Shown: positions 13,605-28,174, counted from the stretch's first letter. The stretch: 64,000 bases of DNA from Malacoraja senta (GCA_038087875.1 CM075994.1:10294001-10358000); one strand, 5' to 3'. The notes: generated by a model not told the origin, from the sequence alone. Made by a program: numbers and translations.

Positions 13605-13905
13605 GATGTTGTTGGGAATACGAGTCACTGTTCCTCCAGTTTGTTTATGGCCTCACTCTGGTAACGGACGGCCCACGACAGAAAGGTCAACGTGGGAATG
13701 GGAAGAGGAGTTAAAATGTTTGGCACCCGGCAGCCCTTGGCGGACCGAGTGCAAGTGTTCAGCTAAATGGTCGGCGACTCTGGACTTTCACACGAATGTG
13801 CACCAGGCGTCACCAGGAATACAGGATGCAGTAGATGAGGTGACCGTGAACCTCTCTCTCATTTGGAAGGATGGCTGGGATCCCTGGATGGAGGTGAGGG
13901 GGAAG
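13605..13905 (-). mobile_element. Penelope-like element GIY-YIG endonuclease remnant
   Basis: The reverse strand resembles the PLE endonuclease at 53240-53820 (LIYCI.., HLAEHLHSVR, HFNSSSHSH, KLEEQ); degenerate. Confidence 0.65.
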
Positions 13906-14367
13906 GTACTATCAATGTAGTTAGTTCAGTTGTTCAGTTTAGTTTATTGTCGCGTGTACCGAGCTGCAGTTAAAAGCTCTTGGTGCATGCTATCCATTTA
14001 GCAGAAAATCCAGCCATTTCCAATGTATAGATATATGACAAGGGAAGAACGTTTAGTGCTAAGTAAAGCCAGCAAAGTCCGATCAAGTACAGTCCGAGGG
14101 TCACCAAAGAGGTTGATAGTAGTTCAGCACTGCTCATCAAGGGCCCTTCGGCCCTTCGAGCGAGCACCGCCATTTAATATGCTCATGGCTAATCATCCAA
14201 AATCAGTACCCTGTTCCTGCTTTCTCCCCATATCACTTGATTCCGTTAACCCTAAGAGCTATATCTAACTCTCTCTTGAATACACCCAGGGAATTATCCT
14301 CTACTGCCTTCTGTGGGTGAAAACCTTCTCCCTCATCTCAGTCCTATATGACCTACCCCTTATACTT

Positions 14368-16003
14368 AGATACATAGATACAGAGAAAATAGGTGCAGGA
14401 GTAGGCCATTCGGCCCTTCGAGCCTGCACCGCCATTCAATATGATCATGGCTGATCATCCAACTCAGTATCCCGTACCTGCCTTCTCTCCATGCCCCCTG
14501 ATCCCCTTAGCCACAAGGGCCACATCTAACTCCCTCTTAAAAATAGCCAATGAACTGGCCTCAACTAACCTCTGTGGCAGAGAGTTCCAGAGATTCACCA
14601 CTCTCTGTGTGAAAAAGTTTTTCCTCATCTCGGTCTTAAACGATTTCCCCCTTATCCTTAAGCTGTGACCCCTTGTCCTGGACTTCCCCAACATCGGGAA
14701 CAATCTTCCTGCATCTAGCCTGTCCAACCCCATACAAATTTTGTACATTTCTATAAGATCCCCTCTCAATCTCCTAAATTCTAGCGAGTATAAGCCAAGT
14801 CTATCCAGTCTTTCTTCATATGAAAGTCCTGACATCCCAGGAATCAGTCTGGTGAACCTTCTCTGCACTCCCTCTATGGCTATAATGTCCTTCCTCAGAT
14901 TTGGAGACCAAAACTGTACGCAATACTCCAGGTGTGGTCTCACCAAGACCCTGTACAACTGCAGTAGAACCTCCGTGCTCCTATACTCAAATCCTTTTGC
15001 TATGAAAGCTAACATACCATTCGCTTTCTTCACTGCCTGCTGCACCTGCATGCCTACTTTCAATGACTGGTGTACCATGACACCCAGGTCTCGCTGCATC
15101 TCCCCATTTCCTAATCGGCCACCATTTAGATAATAGTCTGCTTTCCTGTTTTTGCCACCAAAATGGATAACCTCACATTTATCCACATTATACTGCATCT
15201 GCCAAACATTTGCCCACTCACCCAGCCTATCCAAGTCACCTTGCAGTCTCCTAGCATCCTCCTCACAGCTAACACTGCCCCCCAGCTTAGTGTCATCCGC
15301 AAACTTGGAGAAGTTGCCTTCAATTCCCTCATCCAGTTCATTAATATAAATTGTAAATAGCTGGGGTCCTAGCACTGAGCCTTGCGGTACCCCACTAGTC
15401 ACTGCCTGCCATTGTGAAAAGGACCCGTTAACCCCTACTCTTTGCTTCCTGTTTGCCAGCCAGTTCTCTATCCACATCAATACTGAACCCCCAATACCGT
15501 GTGCTTTAAGTTTGTATACTAATCTCTTATGTGGTACCTTGTCGAAATCCTTCTGAAAGTCCAGATACAACACATCCACTGGTTCTCCCCTATCCACTCT
15601 ACTAGTTACATCCTCGAAAAATTCTATCAGATTCGTCAGACATGATTTAACTTTCGTAAATCCATGCTGACTTTGTCCAATGATTTCACCACTTTCCAAA
15701 TGTGCTGCTATCCCATCTTTAATAAGTGACTCTAGCAGTTTCCCCACTACCGATGTTAGACTAACTGGTCTGTAATTCCCCGTTTTCTCTCTCCCTCCCT
15801 TCTTAAAAAGTGGGGTTACGTTTGCTACCCTTCAATCCTCAGGAACTACTCCAGAATCTAAAGAGTTTTGAAAAATTATCACTAATGCATCCACTATTTC
15901 TGGAGCTACTTCTTTAAGTACTCTGGGATGCAGCCTATCTGGCCCTGGTGATTTATCGGCCTTTAATCCATTCAATTTACCCAACACCACTTCCCGACTA
16001 ACT
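14368..16003 (-). mobile_element. CR1-type LINE, 5'-truncated, RT ORF open to the native C-terminus
   Basis: 427-aa ORF 14464-15747 with FADD and CR1 C-terminus (RPHLEYCVQFWSP, NLWNSLP); 3' UTR hairpin and (tatgtatc)-type tail at ~14368. Confidence 0.95.
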
Positions 16004-16662
16004 GTGACCCCTGGTTCTGGTTCATCGGGAATTTTTTTCGTGCATCTTGCATGTCCAATGCACTACAATAAATATATATTTCTAGCAAATAGCCTCTCAT
16101 CCTTCTGAATTCCAGTGAATATTAGCCCAGTCGGTCCATTCTCGATAACACGTTCACTAACACTATCCTACATACAAGGGACAATTGTTTTAACCAATGT
16201 TAGTCTCATCTCAAACTGCCTAACCATTTGAACTGAGATGAGGGCAAATATTTTCACCGAGAGAGTTGAGTGAATTTGTGGAATTATCTGCCTCAGAAGG
16301 CAATGGAGGCCGATGCACTGGATAGAGCTCTCAGGGCTCGAGGATCAAGAGGTATGGAGAGAAGGCAGGAACGTGGTACTGATTGTGGATGATCAGCCAT
16401 GCTCACATTGAATGGCAGTGCTGCCTCCCAAGGGCCGAATGGCCTAATCCTGCATCTATTTTCTATATGTCTATGTACCCATGTCACCGACACACACATC
16501 AAATCGTTGACATTAAAAAAAAAAAGGTCAACAGTTGAGCCAGCACCGAGCCCTGCGGCAAACCATCTGCCGACTGTCTCCATTCTGAGGAGCAACCCTC
16601 TACCATCGCCATGGGAATCCGACCTTCAGACGAATTATGTATCCCATTGGCTTGTTGAAAGC

Positions 16663-16778
16663 GTGAAAACGCACACCTCCAGATTCAGGGACCGTTTCTT
16701 CCCAGCTGTCATCAGGCAACTGAATCATCCTACCACAACCAGAGAGCAGTGCTGAACTACTATCTACCTCATTGGTGG
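16663..16778 (+). mobile_element. Rex1/L2-like LINE 3' end fragment
   Basis: Translates as KTHTSRFRDRFFPAVIRQLN, a typical Rex1/L2-group ORF2 C-terminus. Probable related 3' UTR pieces at ~13935-14135, 20760-20930, 31397-31565, 32840-32985, 43690-43860, 45310-45460. Confidence 0.55.
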
Positions 16779-17640
16779 ATCTGCATCACACAACAGTCTG
16801 TCTGTCTTTTCGTCTTTTTTGTTATTGTCAGTGTGTTTTAAAAGTATGGGTTAATCTTCTCTGGTGTGTTTTATGTGGGGGGGGGGGGTGGGGGTCGGGG
16901 GGAACTTTTTTTCATTCTCTTACCTTGCCGGAGATGCGATTGTTTTCCGGGTCATATCTCCGGTCGCTCTGCGGCCTAACATCATGGAGCTGGATTATGA
17001 TTATGATTATGATACACTGTAATGACTCGATTGTAATCATGCATTGCCTTTCCGCTGACTGGAGTGCACGCAACCAAAGCTTTTCACTGTACCAGATTTT
17101 AAAACAAAGCTCTAAAGTCCATACAGTTTGGGGTTTATTTCAGTTAAACACTGAAAGCACCAAGGCACGAAATTTGAATAAACAAAACTTTTCTATTAGG
17201 TTCTTGTGAAGTTTACTGGCCGTGCGAATTATCCAAATTCAACAAAGGGGCATTATATGTATCTATTGCATTAATCTATTAATGTATCAATTCGTATCAA
17301 TTGAAGATCTTTACCCTCAAAGAGGGTCCGCTCATAGCTTCCACAAATGCGTCTTGATGGATTTAATTCTACCACAAGTTCACTTCTCTCTCCTGCATTG
17401 AGGGTCTCTCCACTATTCCACCTCATGCATGTGCCGTATCTGCAGACTCTCGTGTCCCAGTGAATTCTGGACATCAATAACGATGAACCAAGCACTATAA
17501 ATGATTACATTAAACACATCGCATGCTTGCAGCACGTCAAGAAGGTTCGTACAAATTTCATGCACGCAACCTCATGCAGGTCAGGAAGTTCAGTTCGCTG
17601 CAGTGCCGCTTTCAACTGATGCCGAGCTGTCTAAATGTTT

Positions 17641-17783
17641 ACGAAAGAACTGCTGATGCTGGAAAATCAAAGGTAGACAACAATGATGGAGAAACTCAGC
17701 GGATGAGCAGCATCTATGGAGCGAAGGAATAGGTGACGTTTCGGGTCGAGATATCTTCAGGCTGCCTCACCCGCTGAGTTTCT
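17641..17783 (-). mobile_element. Short Penelope-derived insertion with partial inversion, degenerate hammerhead and ~19-bp TSD
   Basis: TSD ccgagctgtctaaatgttt at 17622-17640 and 17784-17802. The reverse strand reads CTGAAGA...cccGAAACGTC. Confidence 0.75.
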
Positions 17784-18644
17784 CCGAGCTGTCTAAATGT
17801 TTGCGCGGCGCAGGGTCCCCACCTGCTGGGAAAACCCGATACTGCGGAATCGGCCGATATATTAGCCCATTGCCTGTGGGGATGGTGAATCTGGGGCAGA
17901 GAGAATGAACAGATTGCGATGCTGGAGGCCGGCATCGACGTGGGAGCAGTGGCGGTGACTGAGACACTATCCGGCATGACAAGAGAATCGAACAGGAGAG
18001 ACCTCAAGATCTTCCTGGTTGTCTAACTTGAGTAATACTGTGTGCTATTATTTGCATTGTTTTTCATCAACTTCACGAGTTAATACAATACTGTTCATAA
18101 TAAACAAAACCCAACCTTCTTATTAAGGAATTAATGTAAGTAGGTGATCCATGTCTCAGGGTGTAGATGTCGCTGCAAGACCAGCATTTACTGCACATCA
18201 CTAACTGCCCTCTGAGTAGATCGCTCGGCCAATTCCAAGGACATTTGATCTTCAACCACTTTGAACGAGTTGGATCTTAAACAAAATAAAAGTGTTGCGG
18301 TGATTGTATTTCAGACAGTTTATTTCTTACTAGCATTTGAGGTGATTAACTGTATTTATGGTGGGGGAAATATTTAAAATTGTGTCCCTGGATTGTGCCA
18401 CTGTTTACAATCAAGTCAAACTCCAGTACAATCGATAGGGGAAAGGGACAGTTACAATGTGCAGCATATAGTTCTCAGCATTGCAGCGTCACAACCCGCT
18501 AACATTTATACAATTTCCTCGCATCTCTTTTCGGAGACCACAGAGTGCTTTACTTGCGTAAATCACATTGAAATGCAGCCAGTAATGGCAACGGGAATCC
18601 AGAACCTCATCAATGAAGGCCCAGAATACAACATCAGGACATAG

Positions 18645-18940
18645 TCACAAAAAGCTGGAGTAACTCAGCGGGACAGGCAGCATCTGTCGACAGAAGGAGT
18701 GGGTGACTTTTCGGGTCGAGACCCATCTTCAGATTGTGAGTCAGGAGAAAGGGAAGCGAGAGAATCGACGATGATATAATGAGATGAAGAAAAAAATGTG
18801 TGAAAGAGTCCGAAGCAGGGTCCCGACCTGAAATGTAAGCCATTACTTCTCTCCTGAGATGCTGCCTGTCCTGTTGAGACACTCCAGCATTTTGTAACTG
18901 TCTTCGATTTAAAGCAGCATCTGCAGTTCCTTCTTACTTC
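18645..18940. mobile_element. Penelope-derived inverted pseudo-LTR pair
   Basis: Two inverted copies of the gatgctgcctgtcccgctgagttactccagcattttg unit. Paralogous copies at 30583-30870 and 42884-43170. Confidence 0.7.
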
Positions 18941-18962
18941 ATCTTACATTATGTTGAATCTG

Positions 18963-20250
18963 TACGAAAGGTAAATCATGTCTGACGAATCTTATAGACT
19001 TTTTCGAGGATGTAACTAGTAGAGTGGATAGGGGAGAACCAGTGGATGTGTTGTATCTGGACTTTCAGAAGGCTTTCGACAAGGTCCCACGTAAGAGATT
19101 AGAATACAAACTTAAAGCACACGGTATTGGGGGTTCAGTATTGATGTGGATAGAGAACTGGCTGGCAAAGAGGAAGCAAAGCGTAGGAGTAAACAGGTCC
19201 TTTTCACAATGGTAGGCAGTGACTAGTGGGGTACCGCAAGGCTCAGTGCTGGGACCCCAGCTATTTACAATTTATATTAATGAACTGGATGAGGGAATTG
19301 AAGGCAACATCTCCAAGTTTGCGGATGACACTAAGCTGGGGGGCAGTGTTAGCTGTGAGGAGGATGCTAGGAGACTGCAAGGTGACTTGGATAGGCTGGG
19401 TGAGTGGGCAAATGTTTGGCAGATGCAGTAAAATGTGGATAAATGTGAGGTTATCCACTTTGGTGGCAAAAACAGGAAAGCAGACTATTATCTAAATGGT
19501 GGCCGATTAGGAAAAGGGGAGATGCAGCGAGACCTGGGTGTCATGGTACACCAGTCATTGAAAGTAGGCATGCAGGTGCAGCAGGCAGTGAAGAAAGCGA
19601 ATTATATGTTAGCTTTCATAGCAAAAGGATTTGAGTATAGGAGCAGGGAGGTTCTACTGCAGTTGTACAGGGTCTTGGTGAGACCACACCTGGAGTATTG
19701 CGTACAGTTTTGGTCTTCAAATCTGAGGAAGGACATTATTGCCATAGTGCAGAGAAGGTTCACCAGACTGATTCCTGGGATGTCAGGACTTTCATATGAA
19801 GAAAGACTGGATAGACTCGGCATACTCGCTAGAATTTAGAAGATTGAGAGGGGATCTTATAAAAACTTACAAAATTCTTATGGGGTTGGACAGGCTAGAC
19901 GCAGGAAGAATGTTCCCGATGTTGGGGATGTCCAGGACAAGGGGTCACAGCTTAAGGATAAGGGGGAAATCCTTTAAGACCGAGATGAGAAAAACATTTT
20001 TCACACAGAGAATGGTGAATCTCTGGAACTCTCTGCCACAGAGGGTAGTTGAGGCCAGTTAATTGGCTATATTTAAGAGGGAGTTAGATGTGGCCCTTGT
20101 GGCTAAAGGGATCAAGGGGTATGGAGAGAAGGCAGGTACGGGATACTGAGTTGGATGATCAGCCATGATCATATTGAATGGCGGTGCAGGCTCGAAGGGC
20201 CGAATGGCCTACTCCTGCACCTATTTTCTATGTATCTATGTATCTATGTA
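18963..20250 (+). mobile_element. CR1-type LINE, 5'-truncated, with stops and frameshifts
   Basis: RT fragments 19024-20062 and (tatgtatc)n tail. Absent from the paralogous sites at ~30900 and ~43200. Confidence 0.92.
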
Positions 20251-21142
20251 TAAAACACAGGTTTGGACCCAACTGGTGCATCAAGCCTATTTCTTGTTAC
20301 CAAACTTAATGAATGAAGCGAGGATCATCGGGAGGGCGCAGGAGATATTCACTGGAATGGTTTCAAGGATAAGCAGATTCGGGTCGAGGTTGAGGTCGGA
20401 GAAGCGGGTGCAGGTTCTCTGTGGAGAAGGGAATTTGAAAGCTTTCACAGAGGGTTCAAGCTCGGGTCCGGTGTGGAGACGGGGAGTGGGGGGGGGGTGT
20501 TGCAGCGGGGGAGGGGGGCGGCGGTCTTTCCCATCTGTGCGAGGTTCAAATGGGCTCAGATTTGAGAGAGAGAAGCAACAAGGGGAATATGCCTCTGAGT
20601 GTAGGAAGAATTGCAGATGCTGGTTTAAACCGAACATAGACACAACATGCTGGAATAACTCCGCGGGACAGGCAGCATCATTGGAGAGAAGGAATGGGTA
20701 ACGTTTCGGGTAGAGACGGTCTCCAGCATTTTGTGCTTATCTAAAGGGAATAAGGCTTTTCAGTTTAGTTTATTGTCGCGTGTTTCTACATACAGTGAAA
20801 TACTTTTGTTGCGTGCTATCCAGTGAGCAGAAAGACAATACATGATTACAATCGAACCACTTACAGTGGACAGATACTCGATGATGGAATAACGTTTAGT
20901 GCAAGGTTAAACCAGCAAAGTCCGATCACAGTTAAAGTGAGAAATGTTGAGGTGGGAGTAGAGATTTAAGAGTGTGGGGCGATTGTAATATGTGATTGTA
21001 GATCTGCATCGCACGCAAATAGACGCCTTGGTTGGGCGCCATCTCGGAAGCATTAGCGGCAAGAATGACCTGCAGGGGCGGAGGAAATGCTGCCAATTGG
21101 GCTTTCGAATCTGAGTGTTCCGTGTTCCACACTCACTGATTC

Positions 21143-21370
21143 CAAGGTGGCGCAGCGGTAGAGTTGCTGCCTTGCAGCGCTTGCAGCGCCAGAGATCCGG
21201 GTTCGAACGTTCTCCCCGAGACCGCGTGGGTTTTCTCCGAAATGCTCCTCCCACACTCCAAAGAAGTACAGGTATGTAGGTTAATTGGCTTGCTGGATGT
21301 GTAAAATTGTCCCTAGTGTCTGCAGGATAGAGTTAATATGCGGGGATCGCTGGTCGGTGGGGACTCGGTC
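21143..21370 (+). mobile_element. V-SINE, internally deleted
   Basis: A-box TGGCGCAGCGG, GGTTCGAAC and V-domain. Confidence 0.8.
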
Positions 21371-21804
21371 AGACAAATTGAACCTTTGTAAACTGCAATG
21401 AATGTTAGACGGCCATATAATATCCTTTAAACAATACACGCAAACATAGATTGCCCCGAAGACTGCTGCATGATAGACAGGTTGAGTATTAAAATATGGG
21501 CGGAGGGAGGTCTCCGTCCATCCTGATCCCGGGCTGTGAACGGAAATGCGGGCGGCGGGTTCCACTGCCCAACAGGTGCAACGTGTCCTCAGGTTACAAC
21601 CGAGACTTCCTTCGCGCCGGGCCCGGTTCCTTTCTGTCCTGCCTTAGTCTTTCTCGTCCATATTCAGGCCAGTTTAATGTCCAATCTACCCCTCCCTCGT
21701 GTGAGATGCGTTGGAAGCGGCCAGGACATCTCTCACACTGAACACTTGCAGCCAAATAGCATTAATTGCCCGGGACGGCAGCGACACGGTACTGAAGTGG
21801 TTGA

Positions 21805-22118
21805 GTTTAATTTAGTTGAGAGATACAGCGGGCAAACAGGCCCTTCGGCCCACCGGGTCCGCGCCGACCAGCGATCCCCGGACATTAACACTATCCTACA
21901 CCCACTTGCAACATTTTTTACATTTACCAAGCCTTTTTTTAAAACATTTACCAAAAATGGGAGTGTGGGGGGAACGGAAGATCTCGGAGAAAACCCACGC
22001 AGATCACGGGGAGAACGTACAAACTCCGTACAGACGGCACCCGGAGTCAGCATCGAACCAGGGTCTTTGGGACTGCATTCGCTGCAAGGCAGATACTCTA
22101 CCGCTGCGCCACCGTGAC
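21805..22118 (-). mobile_element. V-SINE, inverted, upstream of TRIM copy 2
   Basis: Paralog of 7586-7904. Confidence 0.85.
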
Positions 22119-22194
22119 GGTCACGTGACCATGACCATTTTCAGCAGCTTTACGTCAGTGAATATATTTTGAAACAGTAAGTGGAGAATTTAAA

Positions 22195-25100
22195 ATGGCT
22201 GCGAAAGACCAGGTCGAGAGTTGGACCGAGGAAGCAGTTTGTCCCATCTGCCTGGATTTCTTCACCAATGCGGTTATACTAGAGTGCGGCCACAACTTCT
22301 GCCGCTCCTGCATCACACAGAGTTGGGACAGGGAGGCGAGTAACTCCTGCCCGGAATGTAGAGAGGAGTTTGCGGACCGCACCCTCAGGGTGAATCGGGC
22401 CTTGGTTAGACTGGCTGAGAAAGCGCGAGCACTGAGCCTGAATCTCAAAGAGAAGGAAAGTGAACTTCACTGCGAGAAACATCAGGAAGAACTGAAGCTG
22501 TTTTGTGAAATGGACAAGAAGCTGATCTGTGTGATTTGTGCAGCTGGGCGGGAACACAAGTCTCACAGCTTCATGCTGATAGAAGAAGCAATTGAATTCT
22601 ACAAGGTAAAACCAAATCACTTTAGATCACATCATTGTGTAATCTTTTCTTTATTTTCTGATATTTTCATTCTCTGATCTGAAACCCAACCCCAGGAACA
22701 GGTGAAATCTTCTTTCGAAACTCTCACAGAAAAGAAATCAGAGATGCAGGAAATGGTAGAGAAACAGAAAGAGAGCATTTCGGGAGTACAGGTGAGGCTT
22801 TGTACTATCGATTTCATTATTTTGTGTAGATTTGATCCCGATGATGTGTGTAATAAGTGGGCACCTCTATAGAGCTCAGTAGTCGAGGACAAGAGATCTT
22901 GGGAGCGGTTGAGCAGCCAAGGACTTTACTCACTGGAGCGCAGGAGTCTGAAGAATGATCTATTGCAGGTGTATAATATCATGAAAAAAATGTTAGAGTG
23001 AAAACTCAGTCTATAACACTGAGTGGGGCCTCGAGCATGCGAGGGCATAGGTTTAAGGTAAGAGGGTGCAGATTTAACACAAACATTAAGGGCAACTTTG
23101 GTAGAGGGTATATGGAATGAGCTACATGGGGGAGGTAGTTGATTCAGATACCATAACAATATTTAAAAGATATTTAAACAAATTCGTGGAGAGAAAATTT
23201 TAGAACCAGTTGGGCCAAATGCAGACAGGTGGAAATAGCGCAGATGGGACGCCTTGGTCGGTATCTAGCACCCCTTGCAGAATTACTTTATGAAGTCTGT
23301 CATTCTAAGTGGTGCTGCTGTCTGCTAGTTCTGGTGACCTGGTTCTGTCCAGTGAGGGTTAATGGACACATGAAATGGAATAGGTTGCAGGGAATTGTAC
23401 TGGGGAAATGGGAATTATGTCATTGTATGTTATTTTCACAAAATATTTCAGAATTATCAAGACGAGCTCTTGAATTGCCACGGTAATGAAATCTTCAGAT
23501 TAAATACATGTAAATGTGATTCGTGTAGATAGCATGAACATGTTGGGCCGAAAGGCATATTTCTGCACTCCAGAACTCGACATTAATTAACAAAATGTCA
23601 CCTTCCGTGTAATGAGGAAACACAGCAGAGTGACACAATATATTGATTCTCATCTTTCATCTGATAGGAAGCGTCACGCAACCTTCAGTCACAGACCACA
23701 TTCCAGTTTGCTGAACTGCACCAGATTCTCACTGTGAAAGAGCAGCGCATACTCGGAGATATCCGGGAGGATGAGGCAAAGATTGTAAAAACAATGGAGA
23801 AAAATCTTCAAGTGATACAAAATAATTTAAATTTAATTCAGAAAGAACTCTCAAAGTTACAGGAACAGATAGACCACAAGGACAGCGTGATATTTCTGAA
23901 GGTGAGGGGTTACACTACCGTTTGGTGAAGTGAAAGTGCACAGTCACAAAATGGTGGGTTACATTTCAGAAATAAATGCTGCATTTACCAGCAATTCAGT
24001 ACTGGGTCAATGTACCGTCTGTTCCATTACTCACCACATCTGACTATAATGCCCCAAATTCCAGGAATCCTCATGTATTTATCCCATTTCAACTTCACTT
24101 TATCTGCAATATTGTCTTCAGGCCACCCTGTGAGTTCCACGTTCTGTTTACTGCATTTCTTGTGAAAGTTATTAAAGGCCATCTTATATTTCAGCTTTGA
24201 ATTTTTGTCTGCCCACACGTAGTGATAATATTTCCAACCCCCACCCATTTAAATCCGCCGCTGATCTTAAAATATTCCATCCCATTATCTCTGTCATCTC
24301 CAGATAAAATCCCACGACCTGCCCGGTCTTACTCGTAAGTTGCATACTCGCAGTTATTTTCATCGACATTCCTAATGCTTTCCCCCGTGTTCGATTTCTC
24401 TACGGCAATATCCACTTTCTGTCTGTGTGACTGCGGCAAAGATTTGGGAAATGGGAATTATCGGAGGTTTTTTTTGTAGCAATTTGGTGTAATACTCGCT
24501 GTCGGGATCATGACGATCCATCTCAGTCTATTGAGATTTGTGTTTTACTTATTTCAGGAGGAAGCTGGTCGCAAGAGGAGGTAGGACTTGCTTTTGACTG
24601 AAACAATGTATGTTTTTATAGTACAGCTAAAAAAAACAGCTAATGCTTAGTTTCTAACCAACTGTTAAATATTTGCAGGGTGAGTGATGAAACCAAACCA
24701 ATGTTCGTTGCAGATAGCATGCTGCCCATTGAAAAGTATGATCAGAATTTTTTCTACAACATGGCATTGAGAGAAACATCTGATATCATCAACCGAGGTA
24801 AAACTAATATCCTTTCCATTGTTCTTTTTTAAGACATTTTTATGCAATACTTATATGTGAAGATTAATGGACTCTGGGGAAAGTATCACAGAGACAGAGA
24901 GCGAAGTTTGTTTGCAGTTGAACAAATCCTTGCTCCTGGGAGAATGGGTTTGCTGTGCTGGGTGAAATTGCATAGACTAGGCCCGTGTAGTCGAGAGTTC
25001 AGGTGTGTTAGAGGAGATCTCAGTGAAACACAATGTCCTTACAGGGCATTACACCTTACACCTTATTCCACTACCTCCGCTGGCAAAAAATCCAGGTATC

Positions 25101-26592
25101 AATAACTCTCAGGGTGAAGCAAACTTGCCACTAAGACCCACTTTAAAACTCCAACCTCTTCTGTTAAACCCGCGCCCTACAGTTTTGATATCCCTGTATG
25201 AGCATAAGGTTTGGATGATCTAGCCTCTATCTTGTTGCACACTTTGACAGACTTCCTAGCTATCCACAGTATTACCTGTTCTCCACAAACTTTGTAGCCA
25301 CACCTCCTACATTCACATCCAAGCCATGAAAATATAAGATAAAGGTTGCAGCACCGATCTCTGCTGCACACCACCAGTCCAGACCTCCAGGCAAGAAAAT
25401 CATCCTTCTACCGGTACCTTCCACCTCCAAGCACCAGGGCAATGTTGGATCTATTTACCCAGCTCGCTTGGATCCCACTTCCCTTTGGACCAGCCCTACA
25501 TGCGGAGTATTGTCAACTCCCTCGGTGAAGTTAATTTATTGTTTCACAATAAGATCAGAGTGTTCTTGGGTGTCCAGACGCAGCAAACCCACCCTCCAAT
25601 ATAGAAAGCAATTAAACAGTAGCAGATTGCCTCCACGTCCAGTCCACTCCCGTTCAGTATGATCACGGCAACTTCACCCCACATCTCTACCTCCTCTTTA
25701 ACCATCTCTAATTCCCACTCACGTCCGTCTCCTCATCTTCCAATTTACCTCACACTTGCCATGAACTGGCAAAATATTTGAATACCCGACTTATTTCTCC
25801 ATCCCCACCCGCGATCTTTCGTTCATCCTCACTTTCCGCATTCGTTTTGCCCGTCCGCACGCCTCGCCCCCTCCCGTTCCCGATAACCCGCGGAATTCCC
25901 CCTCTCCTGCTCGGTTGAGAAGCTCCGGGAAAGATATCTGTTGTCAATCCGATGTTGTTGGGGTGAAACCCTGGTCAAGGTTTCAGTTGTCCGCCCGCCG
26001 GTGCCCGAGTCTCCCACCGACCCCCGGGGACTGACTCTCTGATTCTCTGCTTCTCCCCCCAGTCTCCGTCACCCTGGATGTGGAAACAGCGCATGCGCGG
26101 CTCGAGGTGTCTGAGGATCGGAAGAGGGTGAGAAATACCGAGACCCGGAGGAGTCTCCCTGACACCGGGAAGAGGTTTACAGTGTTTGCGTGTGTGCTGG
26201 GATCGGAGGGATTCACATCGGGGAGACATTACTGGGAGGTGGCGGTGGCGGGGAGTGAGGGCTGGTGTCTGGGAGTCGCCGCAGAGTCTGTGGATAGGAA
26301 AGGAGAGGACGAGCTGATCCCGGAGACTGGAGTCTGGAGCATCTGGCGGCAGGGTGACGGGTTTGAAGCATTCACCTCCCCTCCATCCCCTCTCCCCGGC
26401 CGTCCCATCCCCAGGAGGGTGGGAGTTTACCTCAGTTACGAGTCCGGGACAGTTTCATTTTACGACGCGGACACCAAGTCCCATCTCCACACCTTCACTG
26501 GGAATAAATTCACGGAGAAACTTTATCCTTTCTTCGAGACTTATGAAGACCAGTGGCTGAGAATCTGCTCCGGTTCCGCTCCGGGTGTGTAA
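22195..26592 (+). CDS. TRIM RING-B-box2-CC-PRY/SPRY, copy 2, 470 aa, intact
   Basis: Exons 22195-22605, 22696-22791, 23668-23901, 24558-24580, 24679-24797, 26063-26592; GT-AG, in phase, 1413 nt. Confidence 0.93.
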
Positions 26593-28174
26593 AAGGGTCG
26601 GGTCCCGGGACCGGCGTCAGGAGCGGGGCTCAGGGGCTGTGGGGCAGAAACCCGGTGGGCAACAGGTCGGCGCTGAACGGCTCCCATTTAATCCCCAAAT
26701 TCCGCGTCGTGAAACAAACCCCAGTGAGTGAGCGCGGAAATAAAACCAGGGGGAATGTAAATGTGGGAAGAGTGAAATAAACAGCAACTGTCGATCAGAG
26801 CTGTCTGTCGATCCGTTCATTTTAACGCGTTAACCGCGTCCGGCAAAGGAACAGAAATTACTTTTGTGAAAATATAAAGATTGAAACAATCTCCCTTCCC
26901 GCGGGTTCAGCAGCAGCCGCGCGCGGCGGGTCCTGAGCTCCGGGCTCCCCCGGGTCCTAAGGTCCGCCCTCTAATTTAGACTATCTAATGGAATATTCCC
27001 TCCAAGATCGAGTGCGTACAGCAACAACCCACAATGTCCTCGCATCTCTTTTAGCAGACCCCAAAGTGCTTTTCAGGCGTAAATCGATTTAAAGTGCAGT
27101 CATGAATGGCAACTGAAATGCAGGAATGAATTTGCAGACAGAAACATTCACAGAGTTTAAAAGCAAGTTATACTGTCCAAATATATTTAGTTTTATTTCA
27201 GTTGCAGCATTAGAAGCACCGAGCACATAATTCGGAAAATAAATCTTTCTATTCGGTTCTTGTGAATGTGACCGGTCGTGGGATTTGTCCAAATTCAACC
27301 AGAGGATATTACATTTATCTATTGCATTAATCTATTAATATATAATATCGTCAACGGTTTTAATTTCAGTGATCCAATCCCTTTTACATTTTTTCACTCT
27401 GATTATGTGGCTCTGTGACCTTCATTTACGCAATCTACCAGGTGAATCTTTAATCACCACCCTCAGCCCAGGAGAGGGAAAGGGTCATGAGTTTTTAATT
27501 GTCATACGTACCGTGACGGAGTAATTAAATTATTTCTTGCCTTAACCTGAGCTTCCAACTATGTCACTCCTCATGAGTTTCCCTCCCTAAACTGTGGGGC
27601 ACACAACTTCTCTTCCTGACTCCAATGTTAGTAAATATTCCTTGCTCCTCACTCAAGGAATGTTGCCATTCCATCCCCATGTCCTTAATCTTCCAGACTT
27701 GTAATCAGCATTCCCAACTCCTAACTACGTGGGTTGCAAAGTCTCTGACTCAGACGTTTTTGCCTGAGCCCAGACCTATGTTGTGTGGGTGGACAAAGCT
27801 GAGATAGTCAAGTGGGCTTGGGATGGGTTCGCAGTTTATCGGGCAGGATCTGGGGAGAGAGTACCTGAATTGGCATTCCGAGTCTCTGGTCGGAATTTGC
27901 CCTGACCCTGTCACTCCCGCTGCACATTAAAACATTTTCTGTTATTGATGTTGTTGAAGTCCTGGATTCACGGAGACATGAAAGTCTGCAGATGCTGCAA
28001 TCTGCAAACCTGCATCAAGTCGTCCTGATTCTGGGTCACGGCCCTTGACACTTATTCCCCATAAATGGTTCTTTATCCTTTTAATTCTACCAGATGCTTA
28101 TTTCTCGCTGCTGCATTGAGGAGCTCTCCACTATTCCACCTCATGCAGGTCAGGAAATGTTCTTTGCATTGCCG

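Noticed and set aside
16790..16992. Unclassified repeat-like segment resembling 63845-64000
   Set aside because: It is probably an interspersed repeat, but neither termini nor class can be supported from this window.
20755..20775. ISRE-like tttcagtttagttt upstream of TRIM genes
   Set aside because: It is the simple-repeat tail of a retroelement and does not match AGTTTCNNTTTC well.
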